DNA from: Enoplolaimus lenunculus
Taxonomy: Eukaryota
DNA: 49,287 bases
NCBI GenBank assembly: GCA_030248215.1
Contig: JASANG010002509.1
Coordinates: 744,001 to 793,287, forward strand
Direction of reading: 5' to 3'
Made by a program: the position numbers and the translations under genes. The notes beneath the pieces were generated by a model, which worked only from the letters and a program-made list of their open reading frames with translations, ran no database searches and had not been told where the DNA came from. Shown one piece after another: positions 36,196 to 47,657 of the stretch (position 1 is its first letter; each line of letters opens with the position of its first letter).

Positions 36196-37870
36196 AAAAA
36201 ATGAAACACTTTAAAACAGGAACTTCTATGAAGTATAGGTGCAACACACAGTTAGAATACCGGTTATTGGTGGAAATCCGCTGAAGGACAAAATTCAGAA
36301 AAAATACTTCGTTCGTCGAAATATTGTACAAATACAAAATCTTGGCTCTTCTATGCTTCCTCTTTACTGGCTTAGGCTTACGCTTAGACTTAAGCTGACG
36401 TATTAAGTATAGGAAAAAGCTTTACCTATTACTTTTGCCTAAACATTTGCATAAGCTTTTTGCCAACGACGCCTAAGCCTGAGCATAAAGCGTAAGCCGA
36501 AATGTGGTGGAAAGTAAAAGATCGAAATTTTTTTCGTTACTTAATAAATATTAATAAACTTTAACAGTACGAGTTGCTTTGTACTTGTGTTTACGTGCGG
36601 TGCCGTCCGGGCATGGCATGATGACGGGCTGTGACGGACAACGCCGGACGTCCAGTATAGTGCAATCCTCTATATATATGAGGAAGTCATCATTATAATT
36701 TTAAATATGTTTGCGTTTACGAATTTTTGAGACGGCCTGGAGGCCGTCTCTATTAAAAGCAGTTGATGTTTCGGGGTGTAAACTTTACCAAATTTGCAAA
36801 AAGAAAAGGCGATAATTCTAGCTTACTTAATGAAATTTTGGTTTTCTAGGGTAAATGAAAGTTGCTAAAATTCTGCTTTCAACAAGATAGAAAAGAACTG
36901 AAATTTTTCGAGGGTTAATTCATAAATGACCCCCTTAAATATGTCCTATTTGTCCCCCCTGATTTTGCAAAACCTATTTTTGATGTTGTCGTGTTTACCG
37001 TCAAGGTGATTTGCATATCTTTATGTACATGCACAATGCACATTTGTACTTTTATATGGAAAACACAAATCCACAGCACACTACACATTTTAGGATATGA
37101 TTTATTTGTGTACAATTTTGTCCTGGTGGGATGGCGGAGCCGAATGGACAAGACTGGTTGACTTATGTGCTAGAGGCTATTAGTGGCGCATCTTCCGTGG
37201 ATTAATTTTTTCTGGCTGCGACCAAATATTAGTTTTCGGAGAAAATAGCTATCACGTTGTATTGTTTTTTCTGGTCATTTGTACAAACTGTAGGACTGTT
37301 TTCAAATTTTGAATGTTTCATTCAAAGATTTAATGAAGTGTTCCACCTTAGATGTATCAATGAAAGTCTCATCCTCTCAATTATTGAGGTAAACTTATTT
37401 GGATCCCTAGTTATAAGACTACAAAAACGGTCATTTCTCGCCATTTGGCGTATTTTGGTCACTATCCGTTTCGGTATTTTACTCAATGACTGTTTGTCAA
37501 CAGTTTGTTTCTTATCCTTGATTGATATTATTTTTGCATATTTTATTTTTAAATTAAAAACTTAAAAAGCCATATGCAAAAACTTAACAAGTAGGACGCA
37601 CGAAAAATGATTTGCATTTTAAACAGAAATTCAAATTCTAAATAGAAAATATGAATCAGTCAAAGTTTTAGCCAAAAGTAATTACAGAACTTTAGTGACA
37701 GTATCAATAGGAAACAGTAATTAATTCTACTCCTAAAATACTTCTAAGTCGCTGACGAAAACTGATACATTAAAAATTAACCGTTCAGACATACTAGCGG
37801 TGGTCTAACTGAAATTGTAGGCTCGTGGTGCCCCTTTAATGTGAAGCAAAACTATTTTTGTTATGATAAT

Positions 37871-38075
37871 CTGCAAAAAAAGGAGAGTCAAATTGACTCT
37901 CTCTGAAATAGGCTTTTCCGGACTACACAAAGTTAGTCAAAATTTGACTCCGCCTGAGTCAAATTCGATTTGACACAATTTGACTCTGGCGGAGTCGAAT
38001 TTTGACTCAGTTTGTGTAGTCAGGTAAAGATTATTTCGGAGAGAGTCAATTTGAGTCACCATTTTTTGCAGTGTA
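37871..38075. mobile_element. Foldback MITE, copy 3
   Basis: ctgcaaaaaaaggagagtcaaattgactctctctgaaata ... tatttcggagagagtcaatttgagtcaccattttttgcagtgta. Confidence 0.8.
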
Positions 38076-39216
38076 CTCTTGTGACTTAGTCACATGTTAC
38101 TAAAATTTGTAGCTTGCAAAATTTCAGGTTAAACTGCCTCCATAAAATTTTAGTAGATTGCTGCTGAAAGGCTTACGCGATAAATGTAACGCTTGAAGCT
38201 GTTTGGAACAACTTAGTCTCTGAACGAACTTTTGAAATAACGGACAGTTAAACGTTACTACAAGACGAGAAACAGATTTCTGATTAGCTATCGAAGCTGC
38301 ATTCTTGGCAGCGGACCGGGTAATGAGAATTGTTTAACAAATTTGACGACAACCCACTGGTAGCACTCCGTATACGTATATATATATACATCGTGGAAAT
38401 TTCTGGCAGATCTTGTGAGACTCGATGAGCCACATTAATTGTCTATTGTTGCTATAAACTCAATAGACTACGGGAATAATATAGTATTTTCGGAAAATTG
38501 ATCTTATATTTGTTTTATTTACCCCGTCTTCATTGTCGCTTTTAGAGGCTGCTTGTTTGAAATTAAAACAGAAATTCGATTCCGTGATTCGTTGCTCAAA
38601 TTTTTCATATAATTTTAAGACCTAATGTTTATATAATTAATTCTTTCGTTGATAAATAAAATTAAAATACAAGACGTGCGCGCAATAGAAGGGTTATTTG
38701 ATATCGAGTGCCGGCGGAAGCGCACTCCAAACCCCACAATTGACAAGAACCGGCCCTGGGGAGGCCCCACTTTGGCAACCTCAAAAAAGTTTTCGCTGAC
38801 CGCAAGGTTATAGCGTTGTAAAACATTTTATTTTGGGGGGCTCAGACCTGCGTGAGGTGCCCGCTATCTTAAAGCCGGCCCTGTTGATACCAGCAGCCTC
38901 TGTAGGTGAGAATACTGAAATTTATGATCTCCTAGATTTTCGGATAATTTATTTTGATTATTTTAGAGTAAATATATATGAACAAGCCACGGTACAACCA
39001 TATTATGAAAACACCAGAAACGGAACCAGAACCGATTAGTGAATGATACCGGGTTTACCTGCGAACCGGTAGGCAGAGGAGACCAGAGGCGCTCAGCTTC
39101 CCTGCAAGCATTTTGCCCCCTATTCTAGAAAATTTTCAATTCACCGAAAACTCTTGTACGCCCTTCTTGAAAAATGTTTTGAGCTGGCTGGCTACGGGCC
39201 TGTTTTTAAACACGTA

Positions 39217-39666
39217 CTGTAGTGACCCGAATAAGAAGGGGGACTAATATTAAATTTGGCCTTTCCAGAGTGTGCCCCCGCCCCTGTTATTCGGTTTTAC
39301 GGACGTATTATTTATTTTTACCCCACACAGCACCACCCTTCGTTACTGATATATATCCGGTGCTGCAACTATCCGCTGAATTATACGTACCTTTGTCTTG
39401 TGTCAATAGCTTGAGTGATCTTGCAAGATTATACTTAGGAATGTGCTTTCAAAATTTAAGTACGCTTTAAAGTTTCAAAGTCAAATTATTTGGTCCTGGA
39501 GTTTACGCGCTATAATTAGGGATAATTGACATTTGTGGACTCTAATTAGGGTTTAGAGATTTTATCCGCTCACAGACTCTTATTACGGATACAAACTCCT
39601 ATTGATTGGGACTCAAAATGTGGACCCCTCTTATTACTCCACACCCTGTTATTCGGGTCACTACAG
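39217..39666. mobile_element. TA-flanked MITE (Tc1/mariner-like TSD), full copy
   Basis: ta|ctgtagtgacccgaataa...ttattcgggtcactacag|ta. Confidence 0.88.
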
Positions 39667-39807
39667 TATTTGTGGTGTGCAGGCACCGTTTCAAACAGAA
39701 CATTGGCGTAATAGCCTTTTGAATCACAAACAGAAAAGAAACTTGAAGTTTGTACAAGGCAACGGTGCTTTTTGCTATCCTTTCATAGTAGGATTCGTAT
39801 ATCCGGT

Positions 39808-42800
39808 CTAAGACAATTCAGATGGCGTAAAGTGACGTGAAAAAGCACAAGGTTTCGGCACAGTGTTTACTGCTTGAAGCCAGAACCAAAACCATTTCTC
39901 GTTGATGACAGGTTGTGATGATTCAATACCGTTGGCGATAGGTGCAACACCGGAAGTAACCTTATCGAGCGGTATCGGACTAGCGGAATATAGATTGCCG
40001 GTGGTTTTTAGTTCCTGCTTGGGACGTCCACCACCACGGCGACCTATTTGAACGCTGTCTAGCTGGCCAATCAGCTGGCGCCGTTTTGTTTTGTATCGGC
40101 GGTTTTGAAACCATATTTTAACCTGAAATTTGTTAAATTGCAGAGTCAATGTATAGAACACGGCCGTTACAGTTGGGTAAGCATACTGCGAAGCCTAAGC
40201 CTAAGTGTAGGAATGAATTTATACCTAAGCTTAAGCCTATACAAAAAGATTAGTCTAAGCTTAAGCTTTTCCGCTTTTGATCTTTACACGGGCCGATTAC
40301 TGAAATGATGAAAATTGAATTATGCCTAACGGTGGTTGAATCGGTCGTTGAACCTACGAATGCACATGTGCGTAAGCAGATACACAGTGAAATCGAGGGC
40401 ATATTTATTTTCCAAAAGCAGTGTAAAGCCCTATTCACACGACCAAGTTTTTGCTGCAAGAACTTGCAGCTGCAAATTGATTGCACGCAAAACTTGTGTT
40501 TTTTCATCAGCCAATGAGAAAACGGTCGTAATTAATTCAGTGAAAATGCATAGCTGTTCGCACATGTGAACTAAAGTTTTGGATATAATTTTTAATGAAT
40601 TATTTGCAGCTGCAAGTTTTTCGAACGGGATTTTGGACAAAATTGCAAGTGCAAGTTGCAGCTGCAAGTTCTCGCAGCAAAAACTTGCCCGTGTAAATAG
40701 GGCTTTAACCCTTTCTCACATGAATATTTTCTATTTCCCCTGAGGCCTACTTTTATGCCATGATTCGAACTCCATTGACTGGAGTGGGAGGCGTATACCA
40801 TCACCACTGAGCTATAGAGCTTGACGCTCGAGCCCGAGGGGGCTCTCAAGTCTTGTGGTGATTTAGCAGTATGTATATATGTTGCAATTGTTAAACACGG
40901 TGCGATATATACTATTTAACGTAGGTATATACAATGCGCTGAGTTGCCTACAGACCACTCAATGTGAGAAGGGGTTAAATTTTAATATTTGCTAAAATAT
41001 GTTTTAAAGAAAACAAATAGAATAGCAAAACTTGCAATAAAATCTAAATGAATACAAAATCTATACATTAAAGCTGGAATGACCCACATACATATTTTGA
41101 GCAACTTTCCAGCGTTACTATGTTTACAATATTTTCTTGGAACGGAAAATTGAGTGTTCTGGGAAAAGAAAATTTGCATACAGAATGCTGTTTATTCGCT
41201 AACACTGGCGCATTGCGCAAAGCCGGCTTACTAGTATATATTAAGTTTACTGCTGTACATCAACGCAACTGGTACAATTTTTTGTTGTTGATACTTCCAT
41301 TAGATAAAAATTTGAAAACTGTAATATAACTTAGAAAAGTTCCAGCCGAAACCTCCTGGATTAAGTCGGATTTTAAGAAAACTTCTGTTATAATTTGCAC
41401 GTAGTCTGATTTTATGCTGCGAGTCAGTGCTTTTCAAATTCGCAGACTTTTATTTATTACGCGACAGGATTCCAACAGGAACTAAATTTTGCCGAAACAG
41501 GGACAGGAATTGAAGTTCTCTGCCGTAACCGGCACCGGAACAGGAACCGAAATTTGAAATAATTTTCTCAGAAACAGATTTTTATTAACAAGATTGCACT
41601 AATTGCAAAAACACACATTTCGAAAAAAACAATTTTTCAAAGACAACGTTTCGAATATTTAAATGATTACGAATAATTTGACCCAAAGGCGTAAAAATTA
41701 CGGTTCCGGTTCCTGCATCTTTATAATGCAGAAACAGTATATAACAGGAGCAGGAATTGAATTTATGCAGGCATTCCGGCCGGAACACAAATTCCCAGTT
41801 GAACCCTGCTACGCGGTATTTGATAGTCGTAAAGTTTCGTTTGCTCAAAAAAAACTTTCAAGTTGCTCGTGCTAAATAAATAACTCCGACCAAATAGCTT
41901 GTGACCTGTTGTTCGGTGAGTCCCAGCGCGTCAGCAACTTTAGCACGATTGTCTACGGTTAAATATCGGTGTTCGGCAAATTCCGTTTCCAGTTGACGGA
42001 TCTGAGTCGTTGAAAATGAGCACCGTTTCCGTGGCGGTTTCCCGGTTGATACCGTGTGACATTTTGATTTAAATCCTGATACGATTGAGTTTCGTGATGT
42101 GTTGTTCCATTTGGCTTGAGGTCTGAGAGTAAACTTGAAATCTGTCGGCAACGAATTCGGCGCTGTGCGAGTACAGCAGCATGATCGTGTGCATGACGGA
42201 AATGTAGCGAACGCTCTTGGATGCATCGGTGAACCTGGAAAACAATTTTATTCTGATGAGACCCAGTTATTGTCTTTGTTTCATTTGAATCTGTGCAAGA
42301 CGTAGTTGCTGCGGCCGTTGTTACTTTTAAAGCGTGTAACAGGAGATTAATCGTATTCCTAAGCCTAAGCCTATGCCTGAGCCTAAAACCCTAAGCCTAA
42401 AGCCAAGCCTAAGCAAAAAATGTCATCTAGAATCACAATTCTATTCTTTTATAGACCTACAATGAACCTGGACACCCCTAAAAGTAACGTGGGCCGTTTC
42501 TACAGTCTTCAATTTACGTTTCATGCTGTAAATAGTGCCACCGAATGTTAATTGAACCTGATCATGGTGTAGCCGGCGGTGAACGAAACGAGCCGAAGGT
42601 CGACAAAATTTGCCGGAACCGGGGCTGTGGCAAAATCAAGTAGGTCAAATGCCATCGGATTCACTATCAAATGGAGCAAATGCCAATACTGGAGTGAGGT
42701 TGATTTTGAGCCGGACCCGGAACCGAAATCAGGCCTCTGGTTTTACGCTGAAAGTGGTGTACTTTATACTTTCAATTACAAAGCAGACTGGCTACAGCCT

Positions 42801-45800
42801 GATTTTGTGGTTTGGTCCTTTGATGTGGGTGAGTCGTACTGTTTGTAGTGAATCAATTTCGTGCCATTGGTGGTTATCCATTAATAAAATTGATTATTTC
42901 TAAACGTTGTGTATATGTTCATCGCTCATCGTAATCAATTTATGGTAACGGTTGTGTGTGAAGTATTGAAATTCGGGCCAATGTAAAGAACAGGGACGGA
43001 ACAGTATTGTAAGCATGTTCCTAATCCTAATCCTAAGCCTAAGCCTAAGCCTAAAACCTAAGCGTAAGAATGAGTGTTGGTGTGTCTGCCACACTCGAAT
43101 CATTTTAAACTAAAAAGTAAAACATAAAATACAACCAAACCCTAAAACCACACCTGAAGGGAGTCCCTTGCTTCATCTAGTCTCTCTTAGAACTTATGTT
43201 AGGCTTGGACGTTGCTAAAACGCATTTAAAATGTCAACGTATGCTATGGTGGCTGCGTCCGCAATGTACAACTTTGGGGCCTTGCATGGCCAGTGAATAA
43301 TATCGCATTTATTATTGGCTAGTTTTGTGTTTAAGAACATAGCTAGGCTACGTCAGCACCCAATGTGGGTGTCTCGATTTTTGTTGTTGTTGTTTATCGG
43401 GCGATAGAGGTGAGTCGTTCTTCATTTGCAAAGGTTGGCGGACACTCACGTGTGGGTGTCGGTCGACATGCAAATGAGGTCGACACACCTACGCGGTAGC
43501 TAGGATCGGAATTCAATTTTGAATTCAGGTATCTTGAAAACGGTTGCATCTTGTGTCCTATTTTATGGCTTTCGAATTTTTACAGTTTGTGTCAGGTTTA
43601 TACGTTGTGGAACGCTTAGCGTGTTTAACAGTGAATTGAATCTTAGCTTACCGCCACGCAAGTCCAATGTGAATGGAACTAGTGCGAGTTGTATTCAATC
43701 TGGGTTTGCGCAGAGCGCGTTGCAAAGGATACCGTACGAGGTGCAGTCGTTTTATGTGTTAATTGGGGAAAACCGGGCATCTGCAGTCTAGTAATTCTAA
43801 CGGGGTTAATTTTACTACTCTACATAGGACTTGACCATTCTAACGGGGTTTCTCTGGTCGAAAAATTTGCTTGATTCTAACGGGGATAAAATACACAGCG
43901 TTTGGGGAAAACTTGGAAAGGGCTAGAGAATCTGGAGTTGTGTGGACTTGTGGCTAGACTAAACAGAATCTAGGCATTAAGGGCACCGGATAGTGGAAAA
44001 GGTTTAGTGAAAAAGGGCTACGCCAATTAGGACATATACCGCGTGTCGTAATGTGTGTATTTCATAATCGGTGTTATAACGGCTATTCGGAGGGGCATTA
44101 AACATTTCCCTGGCCGCGTTTACTGAATCAGAGCGATAGCTTGCATCGCGATAGAACAAGGAGCTCTGGTTTAGGGTGTATCAAGCAAATAAATCACGAA
44201 CTTCTCACAATGAGCATATTGCTAAGCCTAAATCTAAGCCAAGCAAAAAAATTCATCTAAAGCTTGAGATTATTCTAGTCCCACATAAAAACTCTCCGCC
44301 CGTGCGATGTTTATATGGGCCGAAATTCGTGTCAAAAAATTTTACGTTCCTAAAGAAACGATAAGACTGCAAAAATATTAAATTTTAAAAATATAAATTT
44401 TAATGAACAATTTATTCAAAGTTGGTTATAAGAAACTCAGATATGCCAAATTTTCAATATATGTCGATTTTCGGCAAACATTCAAAATAATATTTCTGAT
44501 ATTTAAGAAAAAAATTTTTACATTTGAGAAATATGATTAGCAAGGTGCACTTGAAAAGTATTTCTGTTATAACAGAAATGTTTTCAAAAAACATTTTGAA
44601 ATAAAGTCTGAAAATAATCGTTTTCCAGTTATTTTTAGAAAAATTGTCTTAAATATCAGCAAAACTTTTCAGATTTGCCACAGAAAACACACTTTTTTGT
44701 GAATAAATTCAGAAATACTTTTTTGTGTGTACGGCGGCTGTCGGCCACATCAGTGACGTAACCTGAGCCAGGACGAACGCCGCCTATTAGCAGTGTCAAA
44801 GCCGTAGTAAAAATGAAACGACTTCATATGCTCAAATAGTTTTGATTTAAAAAAAGCATCTAAAGTCTGTTTGTCAGCTTTGTCTTGATTTGTATATTTG
44901 CTTTTAAGTTTAAATACCTAGAAATATGGCCAACGCGAACGCGAGACGCCGAAATCATACTGGTGTAATGAGGTTTCATTAAAAAAATGTCACATTGCTT
45001 TTCGCTCGCTTCGCTTGTCAGATTAACTTTTACTATTATACGACATCTGTATGCGAAATAACATTTGATCTCCTCTATAAAATAGGATTCCTCTCGTTCG
45101 AAAATTGACTTTCCCTTATAGAGTTCCTGTCTAGCTACGTCCGTTGAACAAATAATGGCAAATTTTGCTTAAATAAATACCCCGGTTTCGCGTTGCTAAC
45201 TGTGAACACGGCTGCTATATTACTTGATCCGACAACAAGTGATTTCATAATGGTTGATGTGCAAGCATGTTAGCAACAGTTGATTTCTGAGGCAAAAAGT
45301 GTAACTCAAATCGATATGTGGCTGATTTCATTGAGTGACAAAAGGCAGCTTATGGAGAAGCTGATTATTCACCTGTAAAATCCAGTCCTGTCATCTACAG
45401 AGATGCCTTTGATCTTTGGAGTGGTCTGCTGTCCGCAAACGTGCGAGTAAGTATGCGTCAACGGACGGCCGAAACTACTGTAGTACTGTTGGCGCAGTCT
45501 AGTAGAAACGTGTTGTTGAGGGGAGTTACCGAAGTAAGTGCTAATGATTGTCTGCACAAAGGTGCTACAGCAGCGCCTATGCCAATATTTTGTATTTCTA
45601 GCTTAGCATTCAAAGTCAAAAAATAACTTAATCAGCCTGTTTTGCTGATATGTGATTGTTGTCATATGTATATTCTGTGCCAAGTAAATAAATACGAAAT
45701 TGTAATTTAAACGACAATGTTTGGGTTAATTTATGTATTGAATTAGTCTAGCGGTTAACTGGGTTGACATAAAAACTATCAGGGCGATACTAATGCCCTA

Positions 45801-46735
45801 TTCACACGTGCAAGGTTTTGCTGCGAAACTTGCATCTGCAACTTTCACTTGCAAGTTTTGTCCAAAATCCCGTTCAAAAAACTTGCAGCTGCAAATAATT
45901 CACTAAAAATCATAGCTAGTAATTTAGTTCACATGTGTGACTAACCTTGTAAGTTCACTGAATTTATTGCAGCCGCTTTCTCATTAGCTGATGAAAAAAT
46001 GCAAGGTCTGCGTGCAATCTGCAGCTGCAAGCGCTCGCAGTAAAAATGTGCACGTCGTGAATAGAGCTTAACACGTTAAGCTTTATAGGTATTAGGTCAT
46101 GCAAATTTATAGCATATTCGTTTGTAAGTGTAAACATTTTCACGGTTTTAGGAAAATTTCAATTCTGCCTATATATAATTGCCAAAAGCTTCCAACGATG
46201 TATTATGCATCGCAACTTCTTATGTCAAATATACAAATGCTAATATTGCAAAAGTAATGCAAGCTAAATTCGAGTCCATGGGATTTTAACAAATTATCAG
46301 TAAAAAGTCGTTCTAAACCTATTCACAGCACACATTTCTTTGAAAACTGCCGCGTCAAAACAAGAGTCACCGTCTGAAGAACGGTGACAATACCTACTAC
46401 TTCATCTTCATTATAGACGTCAACGCCATGCCCACTTTTGACAAGAACAGTGGTGACCTTAAAGACGGGTAGAATTTACGCTTAGGCTTATGTTTAGGTT
46501 TTACGCTTAAAAGGTTAGTGTTTAGGCTTACGCTTAGGTTTAGGCCTAGTGGTCAGGTCGCTATAGTTAAGAAAGAATAAGGTACAGATAAATATATGAC
46601 TGTTATAGTCGCGCTAATCATAAACAACCCACCTTCAAATTTTTGGTTTACATTGATGGACGGATCCTTCGGCTGAGATTGTAGAAGTGTTTCAATTGAA
46701 AAGTTTAGGCGTTTATTTGCGTTGCTTAGGTTCAT
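39808..46735 (-). CDS. bap: NK3/bagpipe (Nkx3-2-like) homeobox transcription factor, 3 exons, 248 aa
   Basis: Exons 46633-46735 (eh1/TN motif FSIETLL), 41906-42234 and 39808-40122, with phases 1 and 0. Homeodomain RKRCSFSTTQIRQLETEFAEHRYLTVDNRAKVADALGLTEQQ|VKIWFQNRRYKTKRRQ. Tyr54 and YKTKRRQ fit NK3; NK2 and NK4 also have Tyr54, so the subfamily call is less certain than the homeobox call. Confidence 0.8.
40162..40294. mobile_element. TTAGGC-array MITE, shortened copy in homeobox intron 2
   Basis: ggccg...gcctaagcctaag...gatctttacacgggcc. Confidence 0.7.
40427..40704. mobile_element. PIF/Harbinger-like MITE (TIR AGCCCTATTCACAC)
   Basis: taa|agccctattcacac...gtgtaaatagggct|tta; inverted homologue at ~45794-46068 flanked by TAA. 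Confidence 0.8.
40709..40974. mobile_element. piggyBac-like MITE (TTAA TSD, CCC...GGG ends) containing a tRNA-like segment
   Basis: ttaa|ccctttctcacatg...caatgtgagaagggg|ttaa; inverted homologue at 47395-47657. Confidence 0.85.
41060..41234 (+). mobile_element. Short non-autonomous Helitron, copy 2
   Basis: A|TCTATACATTAAAGC...ctggcgcattgcgcaaagccgg (hairpin) cttaCTAG|T: canonical TC...CTAG ends, A|T target, no TSD. Confidence 0.78.
41465..41808. mobile_element. hAT-like element related to the ACCGGA-repeat family
   Basis: caggattccaac...gttgaaccctg with degenerate 8-bp TSD ttacgcga/ctacgcgg. Confidence 0.55.
42313..42495. mobile_element. TTAGGC-array MITE, subfamily B (GCCTAA on plus)
   Basis: ggccgttgttacttttaaag...cctggacacccctaaaagtaacgtgggcc. 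Confidence 0.8.
42976..44321. mobile_element. TTAGGC-array MITE split into halves (42976-43074 and 44210-44321) by a solo LTR
   Basis: Left half ends ...gcgtaagaATGAG and right half resumes ATGAGcatattgctaagcc, as in the intact copy at 36003-36195. Confidence 0.82.
43075..44209 (+). mobile_element. Solo LTR (1135 bp, TGT...ACA, 5-bp TSD ATGAG)
   Basis: Begins TGTTGG, ends CTCACA, flanked by ATGAG at 43070-43074 and 44210-44214; AATAAA at 44188-44193 near the plus-strand end; no gag/pol sequence. Confidence 0.75.
45794..46068. mobile_element. PIF/Harbinger-like MITE, copy 2
   Basis: taa|tgccctattcacacg...cgtgaatagagct|taa. Confidence 0.78.
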
Positions 46736-47030
46736 GACGCTTCACGAGCGAATATTATATATCAGTCGCATTTTATGCTTATCTAAACGGAAACATATAT
46801 ATAAATATATATGTATATATATGCTTATATATGTATATATACATATATAAGCATATTGATCTATAATCGCCGGCTAATTAAACCCACGTACAACCCAGAG
46901 CAAATTCCTTGGATATGAAAGTGTAAAAAAACTATCGCAAATGGGTTTATGAAACCATAATTCAATAAGATTTGATTGTTAAGTAATCGCTAAGCATTTA
47001 CTTAGCCAAGTTGTCGTTTCTAAAAGCGTA

Positions 47031-47383
47031 CTGTAGTGACCCGAATAAGAGGCCCGTAAAAAGAGGGGCCCCATTTTGAGTCCCGATCAATAAATGTCCG
47101 TATCCCTAATAAGAGGCCGTAAGCGGATAGAGTCCATAACCCTAATTAGTGTCCATAAACGTCAATTAACCCACTGTAGCGCATAAATGACTCCAGGACC
47201 AAATAATTTGAGTTCGAAACTTTAAAGCGTACGTAAATTTTGAAAGTGCATTCCTAAGTATATCCTTAACGGGCGGAGCGTGGGTTAAAAATAAATAACA
47301 GTCCGTAACCGAATAACAAGATGGGTACCCTCTCGAGAAACCAAATAAATATCAGCCCCCCCCCCTTATTCGGGTCACTGCAG
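47031..47383. mobile_element. TA-flanked MITE, copy with internal deletion
   Basis: ta|ctgtagtgacccgaataag...cttattcgggtcactgcag|ta. Confidence 0.85.
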
Positions 47384-47394
47384 TACTTACTTTA

Positions 47395-47657
47395 CCCCTT
47401 CTCGCATTGAGTTGCCTATACGCAACTCAGCGCAGTGTATATACGTTAAACAGTATATATCGCACTGTGTTTAACAATTGCAACACGTATACATAGTACT
47501 AAATCACCACAAGACGTGAGAGCACCCTCGGGCTCGAGCGTCAAGCTCCTATAGCTGAGTGGTGATGGTATACGCCTCCCACTCCAGTCACTGGAGCTCG
47601 AATCCTAGTATAAAAGTAGGTCTCAAAGGAAATAGAAAATATTCATGTGATAAAGGG
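47395..47657. mobile_element. piggyBac-like MITE with tRNA-like segment, copy 2
   Basis: ttta|ccccttctcgcattgag...catgtgataaaggg|ttaa; reverse complement of 40709-40974. Confidence 0.82.

Noticed and set aside
40757..40820. Functional tRNA-Gly(CCC) gene
   Set aside because: Acceptor and anticodon stems do not pair properly and the segment sits inside a repeated MITE; treated as tRNA-derived.
45369..45557. ORF in homeobox intron 1 ending at a GT donor
   Set aside because: Phases do not fit the phase-1 intron and the peptide resembles nothing I recognise.
46365..46387. Hairpin GTCACCGT-CTGAAGA-ACGGTGAC
   Set aside because: CTGAAGA is in the loop with no GAAA partner, so not a hammerhead, and no CTRR end follows, so not a Helitron terminus.
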